Part shown: positions 1-7,927 of the stretch, piece by piece
Numbering within the stretch: position 1 is the first letter of the stretch
How the letters are laid out: each line of letters starts with the position of its first letter
Origin: a virus
Taxonomy: Duplodnaviria > Caudoviricetes
Length of the DNA: 60,674 bases
IMG/VR virus record: IMGVR_UViG_3300017774_001580
Coordinates: 1-60,674 of that record
Direction: 5' to 3' (one strand)
Program-made: the position numbers and the translations under genes
The notes under the pieces: generated by a model
Databases searched by the model: none
Seen by the model: the letters and a program-made list of their open reading frames with translations, nothing else
What the model was told of the DNA's origin: nothing

Positions 1-123
1 GCCCTCAGTAATGATTGGCTTTAGTATGTTCTCAATCTGTAAGATGTTACTTATCTCAATGTCAGCAACCAAGACCATCACATCCTCAAACACACACTCG
101 TCCTTTTTTTGGTCATTGATGAA
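1..123. repeat. Terminal overlap identical to 60552-60674 (circular assembly)
   Basis: The 123-bp sequence gccctcagta...cattgatgaa is at both ends and lies inside groEL, whose frame is continuous across the join. Confidence 0.95.
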
Positions 124-753
124 CATATTTGACAGATAGCCCCTGTCAATCTTTAGACCCTTGGTGGTCTCAGCATACGTCTCATGGGTCTGGCTCTTCT
201 CCACAGTGACAATGCCATCTCTCCCGATGTCCTTGTACACCTCAGCGATTATTCGCCCTATCTCCTTGTCATTGTTAGCTGATATTGTAGCCACGTCAAC
301 GAGCATCTTACTCGTCACCTTCTTGGCCTTAGCCGTCAACTGCCTCACCACCTCATTGCACATACTATGCAAATAGCGAAGCACCGCAGTGCGATTCACG
401 TCAGGCGTAAGCAACCTAGTCCCCTCAAGGACCATAGCCTCTGTCAAAATAATCGAGGTGGTTGTCCCATCCCCTGCACTGGTAGCGGTACGCTCAGCTG
501 CCTCCTTCATCATCCTAACCGCAAGGTTCTCTACCGGATCAAACAGGTCAATAGCCTTGGCTACTGTAACCCCATCCTTCGTAACTGTGATACCATGGGT
601 GTGATGAGGTGACTCAATCAACACCGTATTACCCCCTGGGCCAAGGGTACTCTTAACCGCATCAGCAATCTTAGTGATGCCATCAATTAACTTGTTGCGC
701 CCCTTCTCTCCAAAGACTAAATCCTTGGGTGAATAACCTGAACTGTCAAACAT
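1..753 (-). CDS. groEL: Chaperonin GroEL, N-terminal part (continues at 60551 to 59664; about 546 aa in total)
   Basis: Manual translation from ATG 753: MFDSSGYSPKDLVFGEKGRNKLIDGITKIADAVKSTLGPGG...ITVTKDGVTVAK...AGDGTTTS (ATP-binding motif)...ATISANND; absent from the ORF track because it is split by the window end. Confidence 0.96.
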   Translation of the reverse strand, partial: MFDSSGYSPKDLVFGEKGRNKLIDGITKIADAVKSTLGPGGNTVLIESPHHTHGITVTKDGVTVAKAIDLFDPVENLAVRMMKEAAERTATSAGDGTTTSIILTEAMVLEGTRLLTPDVNRTAVLRYLHSMCNEVVRQLTAKAKKVTSKMLVDVATISANNDKEIGRIIAEVYKDIGRDGIVTVEKSQTHETYAETTKGLKIDRGYLSNMFINDQKKDECVFEDVMVLVADIEISNILQIENILKPIITEG

Positions 754-771
754 AATAGATTCGATTTAATT

Positions 772-1023
772 TTATGAAATGTTAATCAGATATACCAATA
801 ACGCACCTAACGCATAACCCACTCCAGAGACCAACGCTAACAACAACCTGTCAGACCAATTCTTTGCCTCAATCTGATAAGCAATAAATGGCAACCCTAG
901 AAAGGGACCAACGAACGCCCAAAAAATCATAGCAACACTCCTGTCAGCAACAGTTGATATGTACATAGTCGAAGCCACCTCAATGGTAAATGCCGCTAGG
1001 CCAACTATTAAATATTTCTTCAT
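772..1023 (-). CDS. Small membrane protein (about 3 TM helices), first gene of the groEL transcript
   Basis: 83 aa with three hydrophobic stretches; ATG directly downstream of a promoter. Confidence 0.75.
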   Translation of the reverse strand: MKKYLIVGLAAFTIEVASTMYISTVADRSVAMIFWAFVGPFLGLPFIAYQIEAKNWSDRLLLALVSGVGYALGALLVYLINIS

Positions 1024-1027
1024 GCCA

Positions 1028-1058
1028 CAAAGATAGGATTACTTTTTATATTACCAAA
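1028..1058 (-). promoter_or_regulatory. Bacteroidota sigma-A type promoter, probably leaderless transcript
   Basis: Minus strand TTTG (1058-1055), 19 nt, TATCTTTG (1035-1028); ATG follows after 4 nt. Confidence 0.75.
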
Positions 1059-1060
1059 AC

Positions 1061-1240
1061 CGATTTTTATATTTTGAATTTCTATATTCTATATATATTT
1101 TATTATTTAACGCGAATTTATTTTTAAATATCATTTTGGTTTTATTTTCGACATTTTTGACATTTCTCTTAATAATCAATTATTTATATCAATATAATTG
1201 ACATTATATTGACATTTTTAGTGTCAATAATCGACATAAT
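1061..1240. other. Origin-like element copy A: AT-rich tract, TYGACAT repeats, IHF-consensus site
   Basis: TYGACAT at 1148, 1157, 1198, 1209, 1231; inverted GTGTCAA at 1221; AATCAATTATTTA at 1174-1186 matches WATCAANNNNTTR; same layout as 12337-12521. Confidence 0.6.
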
Positions 1241-1331
1241 AAATAATAATAATATAAAATATATAGAAATAGTACACGACATCCACTACGTTTTATGTAT
1301 CATTCTTGAAAACCTGTATTAGATATGTATC

Positions 1332-1357
1332 AAAAAAAAGGCACCCCGAAGGATGCC
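1332..1357 (-). terminator. Rho-independent terminator
   Basis: Minus strand GGCATCC-TTCG-GGGTGCC followed by a T8 run, just after the 1379-1627 gene. Confidence 0.85.
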
Positions 1358-1378
1358 CAATTATGAAACACCAACTAA

Positions 1379-1627
1379 CTAACGCCTAATCTTTATTGGC
1401 ATCATCATCATCTCCGAGGCCTCACTTATCATCTCCCCACGTGAATACCCCTCAGCTATCATATTCACCTTCTCCTCATACTTCGCCATCTTCCTAGCCC
1501 TAGCCATCTCAGCTATACCAGTCTCACTGGTTGGCCTATTGTTAATCAAGCGACCATTCTTCATAGTCAACCCATCCGCTCCGGCATATCCACCGTAAAT
1601 GCTGTTTGAAATCCCTTTTACTTTCAT
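1379..1627 (-). CDS. Hypothetical protein (82 aa, MKVKGISNS...)
   Basis: ATG 1627 with ACATATAGCT-ATG context, its own promoter (1659-1666) and terminator; the longer track ORF runs through non-coding repeats. Confidence 0.7.
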   Translation of the reverse strand: MKVKGISNSIYGGYAGADGLTMKNGRLINNRPTSETGIAEMARARKMAKYEEKVNMIAEGYSRGEMISEASEMMMMPIKIRR

Positions 1628-1658
1628 AGCTATATGTTTTAATTCGTTAACGTTGATA

Positions 1659-1666
1659 CAAAGGTA
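1659..1666 (-). promoter_or_regulatory. Bacteroidota -7 promoter element
   Basis: TACCTTTG on the minus strand about 30 nt upstream of ATG 1627; -33 element not canonically spaced. Confidence 0.55.
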
Positions 1667-1699
1667 AAAAAAATTATTACAAAAAAAGAATCTTTGGGT

Positions 1700-1920
1700 A
1701 CTATAGCGGATTGGCGCAGCCGGCCGCGATCCGGAAGCGAGATTTTTTTCGATGGGGGGGGTGCTGTTTTGACCTGCTTTGCCCGATTTTTTGGCTTTTT
1801 TGTAGACGTCGTTGCCGTCGTTGCCGTCGTACACCTGTGCGCTGTTGCTGTCCTGCTGTCCGTCCGTCCTTTGCCGTATACGTCGCACACTTCGTATGTC
1901 TCTCGCTGTTGCTGTCGCTC
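1700..1920. repeat. GC-rich, A-poor non-coding block with hairpin, G8 run and short repeats; candidate physical genome end region
   Basis: CGGATTG/CGATCCG hairpin 1707-1733; G8 at 1754-1761; (CGTCGTTGC) tandem 1807-1830; CGCTGTTGCTGTC at 1840 and 1904; lies between divergent transcription arms. Confidence 0.5.
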
Positions 1921-1960
1921 ACATTATATAGAACTATATCTTTAAGTTTAGTTACTTTGC

Positions 1961-2259
1961 TTAGAATGTACACTAACTTTGTTTAATATCTAAACTAACC
2001 TTTGCTTACATTCTAAACTAACCTTATAGTACTTTGTACAATATCCTTGGTGTTATAATTACACTAACCTACTTATAGTACTTTTTACAATAACTGATTT
2101 TATGTTATTGTACTTCTTACAATAAGTAACTATTTGCACAAACATAGTTTATAATTTAATTGTTTTTTGTCTCTTTTTTGATCCATTATTGTATCTTTTT
2201 TGTTCCCATATTGTTACCAGGTGAAGCAATATTTTACTTATAGTACTTTTTACAATAAG
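1961..2259. repeat. Dispersed direct repeats CTTATAGTACTTTTTACAATA (4 copies) and CTAAACTAACCT
   Basis: Copies at 2023, 2072, 2104 (degenerate) and 2237; CTAAACTAACCT at 1990 and 2013; inverted TTAGAATGTA/TACATTCTAA at 1961 and 2007. Confidence 0.8.
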
Positions 2260-2408
2260 GTATACCCCCTCTCTTTTTTTCTCTCTCTTTAAATTTCTTT
2301 AAATTTTACCTATTTCAAAAAACCTAGGTTTTATCGGGCTTTCAGCGTTTTGTTGGTTTGGGGTCAAAAAATATTTTTACTTTTTTTAAAAATAATTTGA
2401 CAAAATGT

Positions 2409-2438
2409 TTTGAAATATCAAAACAAGCAGTAACTTTG
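2409..2438 (+). promoter_or_regulatory. Bacteroidota sigma-A type early promoter
   Basis: TTTG (2409-2412), 18 nt, TAACTTTG (2431-2438); heads the + strand arm. Confidence 0.7.
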
Positions 2439-2444
2439 CTACCA

Positions 2445-2940
2445 TACTGATACATCGGTGACACAATGGTGACACAAATTAGTATAAAGAAAAAGTTATT
2501 TATATATATTTATTAGTAGTCGCGTTGTGGCAACAGCTAACAAAAGTACATATATATAAAGTTTAAAAGTTCTTTCTATTTTGTTGGTTTTGGGACTGCG
2601 CGGTGCATTCAACTATAATGAGAAAAGCAAGCGCGATATATGTACCCGTGTACATATTATCGGTAAATAAGGAGTGAATGCCTATTTACGTATCTAAGGG
2701 GAACGAGGAAAATTAGATATTGAAAGCCCAAATAATGTTTTTTTGAGTCTTAATTGACTTTAGGTTACTGCAAAGGCATTGCAGTGTAAAAGATAGCAAT
2801 CTACTATTTTTTGTCCTATACATTTGTTTTGGCGAATTGCCTATATAGGTTTAAAGTTATTAAGTAGGAACTTAATATAAAAACTATTTATCTGTAGTTT
2901 TCTTTTTTGATTTCGATATCAAAATAGGCACAAATTTTTT
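2445..2940 (+). ncRNA. Candidate large structured RNA / 5' leader
   Basis: About 500 nt with no ORF of 60 aa or more between promoter and first gene; about 12 helices found by eye, two multibranch domains and a possible 7-bp loop-loop pairing. Confidence 0.55.
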
Positions 2941-2962
2941 AACACTTTAAACACTACTAACA

Positions 2963-3055
2963 ATGGAAACACTAATTGTATTTGTCGTAATTGCATTTTT
3001 TGCAATGCTATTTTTCAGTCCTATTTTAAAGGACACAACCGAACACAATTTCTAA
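2963..3055 (+). CDS. 30-aa single-TM peptide (METLIVFVVIAFFAMLFFSPILKDTTEHNF)
   Basis: Manual translation; preceded by the same AACACTTTAAA...ACA-ATG motif as other early genes. Confidence 0.6.
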   Translation: METLIVFVVIAFFAMLFFSPILKDTTEHNF

Positions 3056-3082
3056 TTAACTAACTTTTAAAACAATACTAAA

Positions 3083-3790
3083 ATGAGAGCGATTTTTAGA
3101 ACTGAAAACACTATCCAAATTTTTAGATTTGGTACAACGTCCAACGATAAAATTGAGGCAAACAAAAAACGTAAAATTGTACAAAGTTACACTTTCAGTC
3201 GGACTCAATACGAACTAATTTTACAAGGCTTAAATGACGGAATGAAAACATTTTTTAACAATGCAGATACAAACTGCTTAGACTGTCCGTTTAACTCATT
3301 CGGCAAATGTTACACACATAAATTTAATCAGTACGTTGGCTTTATTTCAATGCTTAAATCTGTAGTAAAAGACTATAAAGATTTTTATGACATACCAACG
3401 TATAACAGCGAGATAAAAGAACAAATTTTAAATATGTCTCAAAATACATATGTCAGATTTGGTACATATGGCGAACCTTCCTTACATCCTATTGACTTAA
3501 TAAGTGACATTGTGAAAGTGTGCGATAATTGGACGGGTTACACACACCAACACCAAAAAAGACCCGACCTAAGCGGTTATTTTATGGCTTCGACTCATAC
3601 AATTGAGGAAGAACTAACAGCTAGAAACGAGGGTTACCGCTCATTTATAGCAACTGAGACAAAAATCGACGGCATTGTAAATTGTCCCGCATCAAAAGAA
3701 GCGGGTTATAAGTCAACTTGCAGTAAGTGTGGGCTTTGTTCGGGTACATTAGGCAAAGGCAAAAAATCTGTATTCATTCTAGTACACTAA
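3083..3790 (+). CDS. Cys-rich phage protein, Gp88-like (possible Fe-S / radical-SAM-like fold)
   Basis: CLDCP...CY, VRFGTYGEP, WTGYTHQ, CPAS...TCSKCGLC motifs. Confidence 0.6.
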   Translation: MRAIFRTENTIQIFRFGTTSNDKIEANKKRKIVQSYTFSRTQYELILQGLNDGMKTFFNNADTNCLDCPFNSFGKCYTHKFNQYVGFISMLKSVVKDYKDFYDIPTYNSEIKEQILNMSQNTYVRFGTYGEPSLHPIDLISDIVKVCDNWTGYTHQHQKRPDLSGYFMASTHTIEEELTARNEGYRSFIATETKIDGIVNCPASKEAGYKSTCSKCGLCSGTLGKGKKSVFILVH

Positions 3791-3797
3791 AATATAA

Positions 3798-4074
3798 AAC
3801 CGACATTTTTAAACATTTTAAACTTATCTTACTATGACTAGACTATTTAGAATTGGAGTTTATAAAAACTTCGAAGGACAAATTTATTGCGATGTATATG
3901 CTAAAACCTATGAGTCAGCATTACAGCAACAAGAAAATGAGATGCTCACAAATATGTTATTTTATCCAAGTTCAATGATTATTGAATTGGATGTTGATAC
4001 TTCTCAAGATAGAGATTTGTTCCATCAAATTTGTATACTTTAAAGTCAACCGACATTTTTAAACATTTTAAACT
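3798..4074 (+). repeat. 27-bp direct repeat AACCGACATTTTTAAACATTTTAAACT flanking gene 3834-4043
   Basis: Exact copies at 3798-3824 and 4048-4074. Confidence 0.9.
3834..4043 (+). CDS. Hypothetical early protein
   Basis: 69-aa ORF with conserved upstream motif. Confidence 0.7.
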   Translation: MTRLFRIGVYKNFEGQIYCDVYAKTYESALQQQENEMLTNMLFYPSSMIIELDVDTSQDRDLFHQICIL

Positions 4075-4082
4075 ATCTAACA

Positions 4083-4397
4083 ATGGATTCTAAAATCAGA
4101 GATTTTTATTGGAACACAAACAAAGATTTTGTACTCAGTGTGCTTAACTACGAATTTAAGGATGAATTCGAGACAACTGACAATAGTTGGTACAACGATG
4201 AGTGCCCGTCCTTACTGCTCAAATTTGAGACGTATACAATGCAATTGTTTCTGCCTTCAGATTACAAAGGCGAATATTCAGAATATTGTCTAATGGTGTA
4301 CAATACCTACAGCGACTTTATGGATGACAATTCAGAAACATATTTTTTCTTCACCAATCTCAATGATGTAATTGAGCAACTTAAAACCTATCTTTAA
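4083..4397 (+). CDS. Hypothetical acidic early protein
   Basis: 104 aa, D/E/Y-rich, SWYNDECPS motif. Confidence 0.75.
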   Translation: MDSKIRDFYWNTNKDFVLSVLNYEFKDEFETTDNSWYNDECPSLLLKFETYTMQLFLPSDYKGEYSEYCLMVYNTYSDFMDDNSETYFFFTNLNDVIEQLKTYL

Positions 4398-4398
4398 T

Positions 4399-4521
4399 AT
4401 GTATACAGCACTTGAAATTGGCTTAGAATACCTACCATATTGGGATGATGAGACCGAAACAACAGAAACAACAGAAACAACAGAGACAACAGAGTTAAAC
4501 AATATTGAACTACCTTTTTAA
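4399..4521 (+). CDS. 40-aa acidic peptide with (ETT)4 repeat ending NIELPF
   Basis: Manual translation MYTALEIGLEYLPYWDDETETTETTETTETTELNNIELPF; fills the gap between neighbours; in-frame 9-bp tandem repeat. Confidence 0.65.
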   Translation: MYTALEIGLEYLPYWDDETETTETTETTETTELNNIELPF

Positions 4522-4532
4522 ACTTAACAACA

Positions 4533-4718
4533 ATGGACAATCTAAAAGAAAAATTAACAGAACTAGTAATTGAAGTAGTCGATTACATATTTGTACAAGG
4601 TCACTCAATAGCAGAGACAAAGTCGGGCGACTATACTCCCGAGCAAATGTTCGAACTAGAGCGAATACAAAGTGAGTTAACAGAATTATTGTACCAACAA
4701 ATTAAACAGAACCTATAA
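4533..4718 (+). CDS. Hypothetical early protein
   Basis: 61-aa ORF, SGDYTPEQ motif, stop overlaps next start. Confidence 0.7.
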   Translation: MDNLKEKLTELVIEVVDYIFVQGHSIAETKSGDYTPEQMFELERIQSELTELLYQQIKQNL

Positions 4719-4948
4719 TGGAAAAAATTATTAAACTGCTAAAGCAGTACGAAGAAACAAGACAACATCTGTTCGCATATACAGATACATTTTACGATGC
4801 TATAGGCTATGACATCGAGGGCTATTGGGAAGACCTCGAAGAGTTAACCGATGAGGATGTAAAAGATTTGCAACAGAAGATTAAAAACTTTGAGGCACTT
4901 ACAAAAGTTTGGGCAAAGATCTGGAAAGTTGACTTTAAGTATTGCTAA
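4718..4948 (+). CDS. Hypothetical early protein
   Basis: 76-aa ORF translationally coupled to the previous gene. Confidence 0.7.
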   Translation: MEKIIKLLKQYEETRQHLFAYTDTFYDAIGYDIEGYWEDLEELTDEDVKDLQQKIKNFEALTKVWAKIWKVDFKYC

Positions 4949-4952
4949 TTGT

Positions 4953-4978
4953 ATCGGGGTGCAGTATCCGACCAACTG
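4953..4978 (+). repeat. Intergenic 26-nt motif copy 1 (ATCGGGGTGCAGTATCCGACCAACTG)
   Basis: Identical to 7928-7953. Confidence 0.9.
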
Positions 4979-5012
4979 AAAATATTATTCAACACTTTAA
5001 AACTATAACACA

Positions 5013-5552
5013 ATGTTAACAGAAAATCAGAAAAAAGCAATCGAATTTATTACAGAACAATTCGAAAATTTAAACGCTTCACAGCCAAAGAAAAAATTCA
5101 ATTTAGTTGATGTTCAGCCATTATTAGAAAAAAATGAGCGGATAGTACAACTCAATAAGGAATTAGAATTGATGGAGGAAACGTGGTCAAATCTGATAAA
5201 TGACGAATTGCATAGAATCTGTAATTTATTCAGAGAAGACTTGCCATCAGATAAAACAGATGTAATTATAAATGAATACGGAAAAGTATTAAAGATATGT
5301 AGAAGAATATATTTAAGAAATGGTGATGTGTATAATCCATCTTATGTTGATGAATGTGTTACTATCAGTTTATATAAGGCACATAATCAAGTCTATGATG
5401 AATATTGCCAAATGTACATAAAAAATATCTATGGGATTTATTATAAATTAAACTATAAGGATACAAGGTATAACACAATAGAAGAATTGGTGGCAACAGA
5501 TGAATTTAAAAATAGTATAAGAAATCGAGTGCTATACAGACAGAACAGATGA
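5013..5552 (+). CDS. Hypothetical early protein
   Basis: 179-aa ORF flanked on both sides by TGAAAATATTATTYAACACTT. Confidence 0.75.
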   Translation: MLTENQKKAIEFITEQFENLNASQPKKKFNLVDVQPLLEKNERIVQLNKELELMEETWSNLINDELHRICNLFREDLPSDKTDVIINEYGKVLKICRRIYLRNGDVYNPSYVDECVTISLYKAHNQVYDEYCQMYIKNIYGIYYKLNYKDTRYNTIEELVATDEFKNSIRNRVLYRQNR

Positions 5553-5633
5553 CTACTATGTCAGAAATAGTGAGGGAGAGACAGAGAGAATTTATATTGA
5601 AAATATTATTTAACACTTAAAAACAATACAGCT

Positions 5634-5897
5634 ATGACAAAAGTATTTGAAATTCTAAAAGATGTAGACAATGACAGATATGTATTTGTACACATTGACA
5701 AAAGTGGCATATGCGGTCTTAATTTCCATCAAGATGTAACAGAGATTGTGTGGGCATATGCAGAACCCGATGTGCATCTCACAGAAATTTGGAGAAGGTT
5801 AGCACTGAACTTTCCTCATACAGAAAGGTCATTCTTAATAGAGAAAGCTATTGATTTATATATAGATGCATTCATTACACAACTAATAAAACTATAA
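5634..5897 (+). CDS. Hypothetical early protein
   Basis: 87-aa ORF with conserved upstream motif. Confidence 0.7.
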   Translation: MTKVFEILKDVDNDRYVFVHIDKSGICGLNFHQDVTEIVWAYAEPDVHLTEIWRRLALNFPHTERSFLIEKAIDLYIDAFITQLIKL

Positions 5898-5902
5898 ACA
5901 AG

Positions 5903-6124
5903 ATGAAAAAATTTATTGCAAAGGACAAAATTATGAACTTGCCGATTGGTCATTCTATCGATTGGAAATTCGGGTTGATTACTCGTGATGTTTACAGAAT
6001 GTCAGAAGACAAATTTGACATCACAGAAACCTGTGGTGGTTGGGTAAATGCTATTGTAGACAAACAAACAATGCAAGACATATTAGATGGTAAAATCTCA
6101 CTACTTGAGTTGGATTGGTTCTAA
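5903..6124 (+). CDS. Hypothetical early protein
   Basis: 73-aa ORF. Confidence 0.7.
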   Translation: MKKFIAKDKIMNLPIGHSIDWKFGLITRDVYRMSEDKFDITETCGGWVNAIVDKQTMQDILDGKISLLELDWF

Positions 6125-6161
6125 TCACTTTAATTATTAAACACTTTAAACTATTAAAAAA

Positions 6162-6314
6162 ATGAGAAAGAAATTAATTGAGGCTATTTTCGATTTCGCA
6201 TCCGATGAAATTGAAACAATTGAAGAGGCAAAAAATTATGCAGTGATGACTGAGGAAGAACTGGTCGACTGCTTAATAGAGATTGTAGAGTACTACAGAG
6301 ACCAATCAAATTAA
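6162..6314 (+). CDS. Hypothetical acidic 50-aa protein (MRKKLIEAIFDFASDE...)
   Basis: Manual translation; upstream AAACACTTTAAA motif; fills the gap. Confidence 0.65.
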   Translation: MRKKLIEAIFDFASDEIETIEEAKNYAVMTEEELVDCLIEIVEYYRDQSN

Positions 6315-6343
6315 ATTATTAAACACTTAAAAACAATACAGCT

Positions 6344-6769
6344 ATGAATTACAATGTAAAAAGAGAATGTTGGAATGAAAAAACATTCAACGGATATGAG
6401 GACAATCCTTACTGGAGAATTGATTTCAGAGGCTTATCTTTCGGACTGAAAGACAATGGTATGCTGTGGTCAATTGGGAACAAAGGGATAACAGAAATTG
6501 ATTTTTTAGACATCCAAAGAATACTTAGAGAATGTAAATTGGAAATAAGTTTTGAACTTCCTAACATCTCCAGAGAAGATTATGTCTTATGGGATACAAA
6601 AAACAATTGCCCTTTGGAGGACTTAGATATTGTATACCATTATACAAGTCTCATTGAATTTTTAAATGATGGGATGAAAATTAAGGAAGGTGAACAATTT
6701 TGGTGTATTACAAGTATTCCGTTAAGGTGGCGAATATTGTACAATGCAGAAATTGAAAGGAACAAATAA
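6344..6769 (+). CDS. Hypothetical early protein
   Basis: 141-aa ORF with conserved upstream motif. Confidence 0.7.
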   Translation: MNYNVKRECWNEKTFNGYEDNPYWRIDFRGLSFGLKDNGMLWSIGNKGITEIDFLDIQRILRECKLEISFELPNISREDYVLWDTKNNCPLEDLDIVYHYTSLIEFLNDGMKIKEGEQFWCITSIPLRWRILYNAEIERNK

Positions 6770-6797
6770 TTATTAAACACTTTAAAACATTAACACT

Positions 6798-7283
6798 ATG
6801 CCAAACTGGTGCGCAAATTACACTACCTTCAGAGGTAGTAAAGAAAACATTGAAGCTTTGAACAATGCAATAAACAAAGCAATTGAGAGAGAGTCAGCCG
6901 AGAGAAACGCTCAAGCAATACACAGCTCAGATGTGAAAGAGGGTTACTTCTTCGACCTATACAGCAATGGTATTGAACACGAAGAGTTGACAATATTTTA
7001 CGAGACAAAATGGTCTCCAAACATTGATGACTTGGCTATACTCTGTAAAGAGTTCGGAGTGGATGCAGAGACAGAGTTCAATGAGAGCGGAGAGCAAGTA
7101 TATGGCACAGCAAAATTATATTCAGATGGGACATATTTAACTGAGTTTGTGGAGCAGGAGTTCTTAGATCTAATCGAATATGACATTTGTACTGACCTAT
7201 ACACTTACAATGGCGAAGATTACGGAGTCTTTGAAGAGATTATTGATGACCATTATTCAACTTGGAAAAACAACAACTTATGA
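6798..7283 (+). CDS. YubB / DUF1281-like ferredoxin-fold protein
   Basis: MPNWCxN start and FYETKWSP motif typical of this family. Confidence 0.65.
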   Translation: MPNWCANYTTFRGSKENIEALNNAINKAIERESAERNAQAIHSSDVKEGYFFDLYSNGIEHEELTIFYETKWSPNIDDLAILCKEFGVDAETEFNESGEQVYGTAKLYSDGTYLTEFVEQEFLDLIEYDICTDLYTYNGEDYGVFEEIIDDHYSTWKNNNL

Positions 7284-7447
7284 CCTACAAATTTATGGAT
7301 AGGGTAAAAGTATCTTACAATGGAGAGGTAGTTGAGTGCCTCTTCATTGCCTACTACAGAATGTATTCGTTGCATCAAAGATGTTTGCTGCACTGCCCGA
7401 AATTAAAAGAAACATTTTTTGAATCGCTGAAAAACATAATCGAATGA
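7280..7447 (+). CDS. Hypothetical early protein
   Basis: ATG 7280 overlaps previous stop (ATGA). Confidence 0.55.
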   Translation: MTYKFMDRVKVSYNGEVVECLFIAYYRMYSLHQRCLLHCPKLKETFFESLKNIIE

Positions 7448-7635
7448 TATTCTATCTGCTATTACTAATTGGCATTGTCAAGCCACAAGATGACAATCTG
7501 TACGCATTCTTTACTCCCGATGGGAAGGTATATGAATATGCCTACAGAGAAGAGATAATGGAGGCTATCCGTACCGGTATTTTTAAATACAACGAAGATT
7601 TACATAACAATTTAAATACAGAAACCAATGACTAA
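7444..7635 (+). CDS. Hypothetical protein with hydrophobic N-terminus
   Basis: 63-aa ORF, ATGA overlap. Confidence 0.6.
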   Translation: MIFYLLLLIGIVKPQDDNLYAFFTPDGKVYEYAYREEIMEAIRTGIFKYNEDLHNNLNTETND

Positions 7636-7921
7636 GAAAGTTTATGTGTACCACTTGTTTGAAGGTACAACTGAGGTGGCTAGTTTTGAGTCTTACAAAT
7701 GGCTCTCAGACTTCGAGATTAAAAAGAAAAAATGGAGGTATGAAAAGAACTCTAAGCAAAGCCTACGATGGGTTGTAGAAGAGCGAAAGCTTACCTTTGA
7801 TGAGGTCTTGGATATGAGAGAGGACTTTCCTGGGCAAGAGCCAATTGAGTACACTGAGGAGCAAATTAAAATCCTTGAGTACTACTATGACGAGCAAAGG
7901 AGACAGCAACAGCTAGACTAA
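7628..7921 (+). CDS. Hypothetical early protein
   Basis: 97-aa ORF. Confidence 0.7.
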   Translation: MTKKVYVYHLFEGTTEVASFESYKWLSDFEIKKKKWRYEKNSKQSLRWVVEERKLTFDEVLDMREDFPGQEPIEYTEEQIKILEYYYDEQRRQQQLD

Positions 7922-7927
7922 TCAACA

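Noticed and set aside
161-612. Three + strand ORFs
   Set aside because: Antisense shadows of groEL
1639-1986. Four overlapping ORFs on both strands and the long N-terminal extension of 1379-1888
   Set aside because: Low-complexity translations of the GC-rich repeat block that cross a promoter; no translation-start context
2023-2259. CRISPR or mini-array
   Set aside because: Irregular spacing (49, 32 and 133 bp), degenerate repeats and no cas genes
2597-2650. SAM-II riboswitch resemblance (GCAAGCGCG...ATGTA)
   Set aside because: The conserved 5' part (GATTTAACCGTATT) is absent and the segment fits the larger fold better
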